DNA of 64,000 nt from Vicugna vicugna (taxonomy: Eukaryota), in assembly GCA_013265495.1 (NCBI GenBank), contig MU061578.1, positions 1,125,308 to 1,189,307 of the forward strand, given 5' to 3'. The stretch's first letter is position 1. Each line of letters opens with the position of its first letter. Below the pieces are notes generated by a model that did not search any database, was not told the DNA's origin, and saw only the letters and a program-made list of their open reading frames with translations. This document shows, one piece after another, positions 39,601-51,010 of the stretch. The translations under genes were made by a program, and so were the position numbers.

Positions 39601-40544
39601 TTAACATGGGGAATTGAAGAGAACTTCCAAGGTTGAAATCTGCAGTTTTCATCGATTAAAAAAAAAAAAAAAAAGACTGGCTCAGCTATCTACGGTAAGA
39701 AACTACCTAAAGCTGTAGCACAGGAATTACCTAAACCCTTCAATAAAATTAAGAGGAGGATTATACCTCAAAGAAACTTAGCTGGATTTTGTGAATCATG
39801 CAAAACAAAGCAGTAGGATAATGATGTGTATTCTGACTTTCCAGAACTCTTTGTGGAGTCAATAACAACAATAACAAATTAATGGCAATTATAAAAAATA
39901 TAACAATATATAGAAGTAATATATTTTATCATAAACATATTCCATGATGTATGTTAGGTAATTAATACACATTATCTTAGGCAATCTTACAAAAGAAGAA
40001 GAGGAAACAGAGGGGGAGGGGTATGAGGAAGAAGCAGATGGAAAAGAGAGAATGAAAAAAAAAGATTTGCTTGCTTGTTTGTTTTTGTGGACTTTTTACA
40101 TATTAGGCAATTGTAGCTCAGGCTGGCCTGGCTTGTGTCAACATCAGAAATGACACAGGTCCATTTTTCACTCAAACATGTAGTTTTTTTTTTAACCTCT
40201 TTGTCATACTTTATCTAAAAAGGTGGCTAGGCATGATGCCACTGCAACAATTGAAAAGGAGGAGGAAAGACCAGTCACTATGGATTCCCCTCTCTCTTCA
40301 GAGCACACGTGGGCATCACTATCACATAATACATGACAAAAAACTAGTCATTTGACACTCTTTAGCTTTACACTGTGCCTGCAAGCTATCTCCCCACTAA
40401 CATGGGTTCACAAATACACCAGAAATAAAAATTAAAAAGCTGACCAGCTAGCAATAAATAAGCAATCCTAATCTGCAATTACTGAGAACATACTATGGGC
40501 AAATGCATTCTGTTAGGGCCTTCTGTTCATTGATGGATGCAAAC

Positions 40545-41210
40545 ATCCACCCATCCATCCAGCCATCTATCCATTTAATAAACACATCTTTATGGCCAAC
40601 TATGTTATGATCAAACTACTCAGGAAGGAGTGGTCACTAAAGTATCCGTGAATTCCAGCCCTTCCTTTCTATTGGAAGAAGACTCATGATAAAGAAGATA
40701 TATTTTGAAAGTACATAATATGTTAAGTGGTGATCATTACAAAGGAGAAAAGGAAAGGAGTAGAGAGTGTCAGGGTAGAATGTGCAGTTTCAGACATGCT
40801 GGTTTATTCAAGGAAAGAAATGAAAGCCACTGTGGCTGGAGAGGAGAGAGAGAGAGAGAAACTCTGGTGTAAGATGAAGCTGTTTAAATTGGCAAGAGGT
40901 GGGGCATGCAAGTCCTTATAGACTAGGTTATGGATTCTGGTCTTATTCTAGGAAAAAAATAGGAAGCCACTGAATGGTGTAAGCAGGAGATAGACATAAC
41001 CATGTCTGCATTTGGAAAGGTCTCCTGGTTGCTGTCAGAAGAACTGACTACAGGGATGCCTGCTAGAATCAGGAAGACTAATTGGGATGCTATTTCAGGA
41101 GAGTCAGAGAAGATGGCAGCTTGGACCAAGGTAGGTATTTTAGAAGGATTTGGTAAATCGTTAAGGGGTAAAAATCAACAGGACATGGTAATAGGTTAGA
41201 TGTGAGGAGT
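40545..41210 (-). mobile_element. L2 fragment
   Basis: (tcca)n tail remnant and reverse-L2 motifs 'ggaagccactgaatggtgtaagcagg' and 'atggcagcttggaccaagg'. Confidence 0.65.
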
Positions 41211-42514
41211 GGTGATCTATTTTTCCCTTGGAAAAAAACAAGCATAGAAACAAAAGAAATACCCCAGGACCCCCGTCTGGGATGTGGCCCATCTCTAAAC
41301 CAGTCATTTTGGGGATTCTTGTTTAGATGTTGAGCCCATTCTTGAATGTCAGAGTCGGGGTGAGGTTGCAAAAATGAAATCAGCTCTAGTTTTAGGATGA
41401 ACTGAAAGAGTCATTTAAAAACAAGGTTCTACAAAAGGAAAGTAGGTGAGGATGACATTACAGCAATCCAAACGTGAGATAAGAGGACACATTAAACTTA
41501 AAAAAAGAGAGAATTTGGCCAAAGACACAATAATGAGACTTAAGAAATGATTTATCATGTGAACAAAATTGACAAAGAGTCAAAGGTTACATGAGGTTTA
41601 GAAACCCAGAAGCATCAGACTCCCTTTGACAGAAACGGAAAATTGAAAAAGGATAATATTTCAGTTGTGGGGAGAATGTGGTTCTATTATTGTTATAAAT
41701 GCCTTAAATATTTAGAACAGACACATGGCCACAGTTGCACAGACAGCGCCGAGATATGTCAAGAAAAACACAAAACAATTAATTAGTATGACAACTTCCC
41801 CCAAGGAAGCAATTCAAACATTCAGTGAAAAACAAAGATATAATAAAATGCAATCAGCTGGTGCCTATATTAGCAATAATTAGTATATATAACCAAAGCC
41901 AAGCCAAAGATTATTTTTCGCTTCCAAGTGTACAAACTAAAAACATTCTGTTGGTACAGATGGGAGGTATGCATTGGAGGAGTCCAACTATTTGATGGGA
42001 GAGAGGAAAGGCAGGAATTTCAGGCGTTGATCAGGCTAACCAACAGACTAGACAACCTCTTCTGTACTTGGCAGATCTGAGCAAAACCACTTTCTGTAGA
42101 TTGTATGCTCTTCAGCACCAGCAAAACAAAGTGGGAGAAAATAGCAGAGAAATGGAGTGCAGAGAGCCTTGAACAAGTGGCTGGAGGCACCTGATTAAAT
42201 CCTGCCCTCCACCATGGGAGCTCCAGATCCAGCTCATGAGCTAGCAGTTCAAGCTATCACCAGCTTCATTAGCAGTCGTCCTCGCGAACTCTGGATTTTT
42301 TCTTTGGGGTGAGATAGATGTTCATTCCCTCTCCTCCCTGATTCTCTTTCAAATATCAGCACAGATGTCGAAGCCAGGTGAGTTCATCTCACGTGCTTGC
42401 CACCACTCTCCATTCCCTCCCCATGACAGACATTACTAGGTGATGATGGCACTCTTTCCCACTCAGCCTCAGAGTCTCTACCAGAGAAGCAACTTGAGTG
42501 GTAAATCCAAATCA

Positions 42515-43033
42515 CAGACTGCTACTCAACAAGAAAAGGGAACAGACTGCTGATACATGCAGCAACTTGGGTTAATTTCTGGGGCATTATGCGGAGTGAA
42601 AGAAGCCAATCCCAAAATATGACATATCGTACATTCCATTTATATAATATTCTTGAAATGGCAACATGCAAGAAATGAAGCACAGGTTAGTTGTTGCCAG
42701 GGGATGGGGGTATGCTGGGAGAGAGGGGGGCAATACACAGTGGGAGGGACCCATAGTTACTCCTCACATCTAACCTATTACCAAGTCCTGTTGATTTTCT
42801 CCCCTTAACGATTCACCAAATCCTTCTAATGGCATCAATATCTGAATCAGAGCCGTAGATCCTATTGTATCAATGAGATCAACCACTGGTTGTGATATGC
42901 TACTATAGTTTTTTAAGATTTTCTTAAAGGAATCTGAGTAAAATGTATCCAGGATCTCTCTGTATTATGTTGTAAGCTTTCTGTGAAACTACAAATGTAT
43001 AATTATCTCAAAATATAAAGTTTAATAAAAATA
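42515..43033 (+). mobile_element. Old L1 (L1MC/MD-like) 3' fragment(s)
   Basis: 'gatacatgcagcaacttggg...attatgcggagtgaaagaagccaatcccaaaa...attccatttatataa' and terminal 'aattatctcaaaatataaagtttaa'. Confidence 0.75.
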
Positions 43034-44009
43034 CAGCCCCTTGGAAATCTTCCAGCAGATTAAAGTGATCCTGTTAAGCTGAAACCTATTTGTCCTCCCT
43101 AAACTAGATCATCAGGTTTCTATGCAGATTTGCTTTCAAAACCAAAGGAAAAGTACAGTAAGTAATTTCTTGCCTAGATTCTGATTTTTGTGAAAAAAAA
43201 AATTCTGCTCTCTCATCATAGGCTGCAGAGACCACAAAATGAGGTGATATGTGGATGTGCTTGGGGGCTGTAGAGATACTGTCACCTCTACCATCTCTAG
43301 TTGGTATCAGCTGACCGATACTGGTAGAAATTCAGATTTCCTAGACCCAGTTCTGGCACTGACATATGCCTAGAGTTTGGAGCTAAGCTACGCAAACCAA
43401 TGGGCTTTGTGTTGACTCTGATTTGAATGGCTCTGTCAGCCCCCGACCAATCCCAGAGTACCCACATTCCAAAGCAGAGCTGCATCTAACTGCTGGCAGA
43501 ACATTTCCTTTGATTCCATGGCAACCCTACATCCTAACTGCATTTTGCATGGGCTGCAACCTTCCATTTACCCTACATTCATTTCCAAATTGAAATGGTA
43601 TCTTGTACTACACATGTTTCCTGTGATAGTTTGTCCTATGAATTCATTTAATAACGAAGCATATGGTCTGTCTTCCCATCTCAAGAACCTGGGTAGCGTT
43701 CACAACGGCCAACTGCCAGGCATTACATATACACCAGGAGGAGCTTTTTAGCCTGCAGTTCTGAAGCTGAAAAGATGCTCAGGTGAGTTTGCTTCCATTA
43801 ACCTGCACCAATGAGAATATTATTGCATTCTCCCTCACTCAATAGCATGGAAGTTGCTGAATATTTAGCAGCAAAACCAAGTATAATAGGGGCAGAATGG
43901 GAGAGCTCTTTGCAAATTTCCTTTAGCCTTTCACTGTCTGACAGCCAAGGATGTGTGTTTATTATAAGGAAAATGTTTAAAAGGCGCTTTGTTGGGGGGT
44001 GAAGAAAAA

Positions 44010-44370
44010 CAGGTTATCACATATGTTGTAGGAATGTAAATGAATGAAACCTTTTCGGAGGGTAAATTTTAGCAATATCTTGAAAAGAAAATTGATCCAG
44101 CCCTTGCAGAACTAAGAAAGTATTCTATAAATATACATGCACAAACACTGGGAGATAGGTGCATAAATAAATACAGTGCTTGAAATAGAAAAGCAAACCT
44201 GAAACTAAACCATTTGTGTGTGCATTAATAAGGCATATATTAAATAATTATCATTATTTTTACTCATAAAATGGAATACTATGAAGCTATTAAAAAGAAT
44301 AAGTTAGTTCTATATATCCAGTATGGAATTATTATCTATGGTACATTTATTTATAAATATTAGAACACTA
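44010..44370 (+). mobile_element. L1ME-like remnant
   Basis: 'ggaatgtaaatgaatgaaacc' and 'aatggaatactatgaagctattaaaaagaat'. Confidence 0.6.
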
Positions 44371-44383
44371 GCTGGATGGCAAA

Positions 44384-44975
44384 TTTTCTTTTCTTTTCCT
44401 TTTTTTAACTGAAGTATTGTCATTTTACAATGTTGTGTCAGTTTCTGGTGTACAGCATACATATATATACATATACTCATTTTCATGTTCTTTTTCATTG
44501 TAGGTTACTACAAGATATTGAATATAGTCCCCTGTGCTATACAGTAGGAACTTGTTGCTTATCTATTTTATATATAGTAGTTAGTATCTGAAAATCTCGA
44601 ACTCCCAATTTATCACTTTCCACTCCCTTCTCTGACAGGTAACCGTAAGGTTGTTTTCTATGCCTGTGAGTCTGTTTCTCTTTTGTAAATAAGCTCATTT
44701 TTCTTTTCTTTTTTTTTCAGATTCCACATATAAGTGATACCATATGGTATTTTTCTCTCTTTCTGGCTTACTTCACTTAGAATGACAGTCTCCAGGTCCA
44801 TCCAGGCTGCTGCAAATAGCATTATTTTATTATTTTTTATGGCTGAGTAGTATTCCATTGTATAAATATAGCAGAACTTCTTTATTCAGTCATCTGTCGA
44901 TGGACATTTAGGTTTTTTCCATTTCTTGGCTATTGTAAACAGGGCTGCTATAAACATTGGGGTGCATGTTTCTTT
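44384..44975 (-). mobile_element. Young camelid/cetartiodactyl-type L1 3' end
   Basis: ORF 44658..44858 'MEYYSAIKNNKIMLFAAAWMDLETVILSEVSQKE', followed by the recurring 3'UTR and a T-rich tail. Confidence 0.92.
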
Positions 44976-45124
44976 TTTCTTTTTCTTTCTTCTTCTTCTT
45001 TTTTTTTTTTTTGGTGGGCAGCTGATAAATCTTTCATGGACCAATTCCTGGGAATATTACTACTTTTCTTATTCTACAACTCTTGATTTCTTTCTCAAGA
45101 CCTGCTATTCTAAGGAGGTCTAAT

Positions 45125-45288
45125 GATGACTGTGGAGTGGGGGAAATAGAGTGATTATTCAAAGGATAAAAAGTTTCAGTCATACTCGAACAAGTTCTAG
45201 AGATCTGCTATACCACGTAGTGCCTCCAGTTACAACGTGGTATAGGGAACGTCAAGATTTGTTAAGAGGGTAGATCTCATGTGAAGTG

Positions 45289-45322
<34 letters not shown>

Positions 45323-45468
45323 AGGATACTCTGAGAGATGCTGGATGTATCTATTACCTTAATTATAACGATATCACAGGCTTATGTATATGTCCAAACT
45401 TATCAAATTGTCCACATTAAATGTATCATTCTCTGTATATCAGTTACATCTCAATATAGCTGTTTTAA
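45125..45468 (+). mobile_element. L1MA/MB-like 3'UTR containing a (CA)n microsatellite (45294-45322)
   Basis: 'aagttctagagatctgct...tttgttaagagggtagatctcatg...tatgtccaaacttatcaaattgt...catctcaat'. Confidence 0.8.
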
Positions 45469-45526
45469 TTTTGGGGGGGTTGCTTTTTCAGAATATATAG
45501 GAAAAAAAAATCCTAAAACTTTGTTC

Positions 45527-46016
45527 AAGATGTGGTAAATTTATACAATGGAATACTACTCAGCCATAAAAACTGACAACATAATGCCATTTGCAGCAAT
45601 ATGGATGCTCCTGGAGAATGTCATTCTAAGTGAAGTAAGCCAGAAAGCGAAAGAAAAATACCATATGAGATCGTTCATATGTGGAATCTAAAAAACAAAA
45701 ACAAAAACAAACAAACAAAAACAAAGTGTAAATACAGGACAGAAATAGACTCACAGACAGAGAATACAGACTTGTGGTTACCAGGGGGGTGGAGGGTGGG
45801 AAGGGATAGACTGGGATTTCAAAATTGTAGAATAGATAAACAAGATTACACTGTATAGCACAGGGAAATATACACAAAATGTTATGATAACTCAGAGAAA
45901 AAAATGTGACAATGAGTGTGTATATGTCCATGAATGACTGAAAAATTGTGCTGAACACTGGAATTTGACACAACATTGTAAAATGATTATAAATCAATAA
46001 AAAATGTTAAAGAAAA
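45527..46016 (+). mobile_element. Young 5'-truncated L1, same subfamily as 34357-34946
   Basis: Close similarity to 34468-34946, including the terminal 'ctggaatttgacacaacattgtaaaatgattataaatcaataaaaaatgttaaa'. Confidence 0.95.
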
Positions 46017-47762
46017 GATTTGACTTTTAAAAAATATATGTATATTTCATGATGCTACTCAGCCTCTTCAAAAATGTCATGCTGGGAACAACTGCTGATC
46101 TTCCTGAAACAAGAGTCTTTGGGAAGTTTGTATTAATATCATAAAGGAACAAATGCAAAATAGTCCAGCTTTAGAGCAATTTGTATTACATTGGGTCTAC
46201 CTTATTCAAGCCACTGTGTTATTTTGAGACTAAATTTATTAAGGCAGAGCTGAAGTTCCTTCTCCACCACTCACTATGTAAATTTGATCAAGTTATCAAA
46301 ACTGTCATCCCAGATTTGATAGCAATCCACTTTATAGATGGCTAATGTTGTTGAAAACATTAAATGAAATAATACTCATAAAGCATTTGGTAAAATGTCT
46401 ATCCAATAATAATATCCAATTAATACATATACATGGCATTATGTAAACACACACACAGTTGAAGGCAGAGGGTCCAGCCATTTCCCAAACTAAATTTTAT
46501 AACTCTCCATTAGCATTTTCTTACGACTGTCCATTTATCTTCAGCATTTTCTAAATGCCTTCTTTAAGTCTAAAAAGAATAGGCATTCACCTCAATCTAA
46601 CACAAAGAAGCACTGCTAACAGCTAAAGCCACACAAAAGTGGCTGCCTTGTGAGGCAGTCCCAGCACTGAGGGTGTTCAAGCTAATGAGCTCTTGTGGAG
46701 TAAATCAGAAGGAAAATCTGAGGGTCTCTTTCAGACTCCCGCCACATCCCCATGAAATGCTTGCCATCCACTTCAGTTGTCATTTTTCTAATCTCGCAGG
46801 TGGGGACTCATGACTGATTCTGAGCTGTCCACCTATAGTATCCTTCACCCACCTCCTTTACAGCACAACAGCGTGTAACTATATATTTATAGCATGTCTT
46901 CCTCTGATTGGAAATCCTTGGGGGATGTGACTTGATCCTATTTATGTCTTAATCTCACAACACTAGGCACAGAGTAGGTGCTTGGTGAATGACTTTGGGA
47001 TGGTAAAATAAATCCTGCAAAGCAATCGTGTGTGCTTTTGTATCTACAAAGTTTTCCTTCTAAATTCTCGACCTTTAAATAGTCTGGCAGAATATTTAAA
47101 CAAATCTGCTGTTAAAATATTAATAACAGAATCAGCGACAATGATGGCAAAGATGTATAAATTGAAAAGTAAATCCACAAAGATGTCAGTAGAATGTTTC
47201 TGTATCTTAATTTCCAATTCCCTTATTTGAGAAGGGGTGTTTTTATCAACTTTAATGCCTAACTAGAATAATTTACATCTATCTCCTTTCCCCCCTGGTA
47301 TCAAGAGCAAAAACATCTGATGGCTGCCTTCTTTTGGGAAACTTCCTCATAATATTTTTCCCCTCCAAATGACTACTTGATAACAAGTACAGTAATAAAG
47401 TAGACGCTTCTTCCATCCAATAAATGTCCTTCTTCCTTGAGTCAAAATTCTCCTGGAAGGCGGGATGGAGAGGAAAGACTAAAATAAAAGATTGCATTTA
47501 GAGTTTGGCCATAGAGACTAAATCAGATCATGTTTATTGATTTATTTCAATCAATAGACATGGAAAAGTTCAGGAGATTTTGACCCATGCCTCTAGGTAT
47601 GCATTTGAAAGAGGTTTTTACCCAGCCCCCAAGTTGAGTTATTGCAGAATAAACAATGTTTGTGTCCACCAAGTGACACGGATATATTTACAACAGGAGG
47701 AAAGGAAGAAATTCAGCTTTTCTTGTTTTTCCCATAGGCAGATTATAACATTAAAAGACAGG

Positions 47763-47937
47763 TTTTTATTTTATATATATATAAATTTTTATATATATAT
47801 ATATTTTATATATATATTTATATATATTTTTTATTTTATACACACACACACACACACACACACATATATTAACTGAGGTCACTTTGCTGTACACCAGAAG
47901 CTAACAGGACATTATAAATCAACTATACTTCAATAAA
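47763..47937 (+). mobile_element. Short L1 3' tip containing a compound (TA)n(CA)n microsatellite
   Basis: 'tttgctgtacaccagaagctaac...tcaactatacttcaataaaa'. TSD aaaagacagg (47753-47762 / 47938-47947) at a tt/aaaa site. Confidence 0.85.
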
Positions 47938-48746
47938 AAAAGACAGGGTTTGCCCAAAATACTAAACAATTTCATGGTTCTATGTAATTAACCAAATGAT
48001 AGCCAACAAAAAATCAGAATCAGAAATGGACATACTCTGGATCATAAGATTAAACCGGCTTCATGCAGTGACAGTGGCCATTCCTTGGTTTACTTTTTGC
48101 CCAGATTGCATTTGTTCTCAGAAACCATCTGTCTGTTGTACTCTCATGACCCCTGGAGTCTTCCAAAAATTCAAGTTCCTTCTTACCAGGCTCTGTACCT
48201 ACCATTCATCATCTACTGTCTCTTCTGGAGATGGAAAATGGTCCACCACGTTCGGGCATGAAATGTCATGTCTATGCCTCATAATGAACTAACTCAACTA
48301 AACTGTTTTTTTTTTTCAGGAGCTAAACTAACCAGGGCACACCTGTTTTGCTCACGCTGCATTTCCAAAGTGAAACTAACTGCTTCTCATTGACACGTAC
48401 ACACAACAGACTCAGGTTTTTCCAACAACATTGACACAATAGAGGGACCACTGGCAACGAGGCAAATAGAATCCAGAGATCTTGCTGCACATCTTCATCA
48501 AGACTTCTTGACCGGCTATTTGGTAGCACCAGATCTTATGGGCACTATTGTTAAAGAAGCCAGGGTTCAAGATGAAATCAAAGCTTTAATCAGGTTTTGA
48601 ACTATGATGGGTAAAGAGTTAATGGCAACGTTCTTTGGCTATCAGGTCAGCCAAGGGGTGGGATGAGGTAGTGGAACTCCTATGAGTAGTAAATCCACAT
48701 TTTGGTTTTGGTCCATCATCTCCTCCGCGTCCTTTCTTTCTTCTTT

Positions 48747-48748
<2 letters not shown>

Positions 48749-48788
<40 letters not shown>
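48749..48788. repeat. T40 homopolymer within a longer pyrimidine tract
   Basis: Read directly. Confidence 0.95.
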
Positions 48789-48790
<2 letters not shown>

Positions 48791-48869
48791 GTTCAATGTT
48801 TCTGTTTTCACTGACAGAATACTTTCCATGTGGTGGCTTTTAGTAAAGTTATATAAACCCCACCAGTGT

Positions 48870-49300
48870 GACTGCTTTTGATACATGTTCTTGCTGGAAT
48901 CAAAATCTTTCTCCTTCTACCTCCAGGGGTCAGTTCAGGGATGAGAATGTGCTCCAAATGGAGTTGGTATCTCTCTCATTTTATATATAGAAGCTAGAAG
49001 AGAGAGGATCATGTTTTGCTTCAAAACATGGGCTGTTAAGAATATAGCCTGGAGGCTACAACTGGCCACATGAAGAAAATCTGCTCCAGAATGAAACATA
49101 CACTCAGAAGAAAGCCAAAAGACGGAGAATAGACATAATACTGGTGACATTGTTTGAACCCCTGGACCCAGCCCTGCCTGAAGACAACATATCTGCTGGA
49201 TTCCTAATTGCATGAGCCAATAAATCTCATTGTTTAAAAGCAAAGTTAAATTTGTTAGAATATGGTTTCTGTCATTTGTAACAAAAACTAGACTGATAAA
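48870..49300 (+). mobile_element. MLT1-type LTR remnant
   Basis: 'tggtgacattgtttgaacccctggacccagccctgcctgaag...gagccaataaatc...tttctgtcatttgtaac' resembles old MLT1 3' halves. Confidence 0.75.
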
Positions 49301-50639
49301 TCCAAGTGAAGGCAGGGAAAGTGTGACCTACCTCCCACCCTGTGGCTGATTTTTTAAAAAATTCTCTTGCCCAAAGAGGTCTGATTTCGGCCAAGGTGGC
49401 TTCTGGGTCAACAAAAATTTTTCTTTCCTTTGGACAACTTCCTACATGGTGATGATACTGGAATGGTTGTTGGAACTTAACAGAATAGTTCCTGAAAATG
49501 GAACACACTATAGCTTCATAGCCTCTTTCATTTGAGGGCGAGAACTTCTGCGCTACCATAAAAATAATTCTGCAAAGAAGTGCATCTGATTTCAGAAACT
49601 GTCTGCCAAGATATGGCTCGATGTAATTTAAAATGGCTAAGACAATCAGCTTGAAAATTAAGGTTTCTAATGGGAACACCTACTCAGCCCTAATAATAGG
49701 GGAACTGCTATCATAATTATAATGTGGTGCACATCATTAACTAACTTTTCTCAGCTACTGCAATTAACGAGCATCAATAGATTGAGTAAATTATTAATAA
49801 CCCACACATGCTCCAGTGCACACTGCTGGCTCTCTATTTTTTTTTTTCAAGTAAGAAGCAAAAAGTTAACAGCTGATATCCAAACAATCTTTGATTTATC
49901 GCTTTCAAAACATTACCGTACATTTAAACAGTACTTTCTGCAGGAGATAACAGTGGTAAGGAATTAAGTCGTGAATAGAGAAGTGAGCGATGTCAATCCA
50001 ACAGAGCGACCATCTTTTAGGAGCTGATCAGATGGCCCCATTCCTTACTTTCTTCATGGCGCAGTCATTTATGGGACTTCTATTATCATCGAGTGTGGGT
50101 AATGGTGGAAGTTGTTATGGCTGTTCCTTTATACAGTAGAGTGTGAATCAGCAGTTCGCAAAGATAGCCTGGGGACCAATTTAGGTTTATGATGTTCACA
50201 AATAATCTCCTCAAATCACAGGGCATTACCACAGGGTGGGCCTAGTCTACTATGTAAGTGATAAAGAAGACAAAAAAAAAAAAAAAGAGAGAGAGAGAGA
50301 GAGATCCAGAAAGAGCAAAGGGGCATAGTCAAGGTTGTGCAATTAAGTTGGGAAATCTCTTTGACCCCTTGCATTTAAATTGTTGCCAACCACTAGGTAA
50401 ATAAAGCACGTTCTAACAGAAGTAGGCTACTGAAAAGGAAACATCCATAGACCATGAAAGCCCTGTGGCTGGAATAAACACAGAGAAGCACAGGCAACTC
50501 AGCCTGCAGCAGGGGGTTCACAGACAGATTCCCGTAAGGCTTAAAATCTCTGGGTTCTTTAATAACAAAGGGTAGGGAAGAGAAAGGAAGGAAAAATTAC
50601 CAAAAAAAAAAAAGAGTAGTAAGGCAACACAGAGGTAGA

Positions 50640-51010
50640 CAAGGATCCCAGCAGAGCAAACACTGTATATAAAGGTCTGGGTATAAGAAAAACATGGCAT
50701 ATTCTTGGAATAACAGGTCACCCAATGTAGTTTGGGTACAGATGAGATGGTGGGTAGGGGCCAGGTGAGAAGGGCTGTGTTAAGGAACAGATGCTCACTG
50801 CTGAGAGGGATGGTGAGCCTCTGAGGAGTCTTCAGTAGGAAGTGAATGTCCTTATGAAAAGATCACCAGGACAGCAGTTGGCAGAATGGAGAGGAAAGGG
50901 GGTGTGATGAGGGGAAGAAAGGACCCAGAGAGCCTGCACCAATCCAAGGGACAGCAGTGGTCTTAACCAAAGACTTGGCAGTGGGGATGCAGAAGGAAGT
51001 CAAAGGAGGC
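50640..51010 (-). mobile_element. L2 fragment
   Basis: Reverse-L2 motifs ('gatgagatggtgggtaggggccagg', 'aaaagatcacc', 'ggcagtggggatgcagaa'). Confidence 0.55.

Noticed and set aside
12150..49783. Shared 13-mer gcatcaatagatt at 12150-12162 and 49771-49783
   Set aside because: About 30 chance 13-mer pairs are expected in 64 kb (64000^2/2/4^13), so it is not significant alone.
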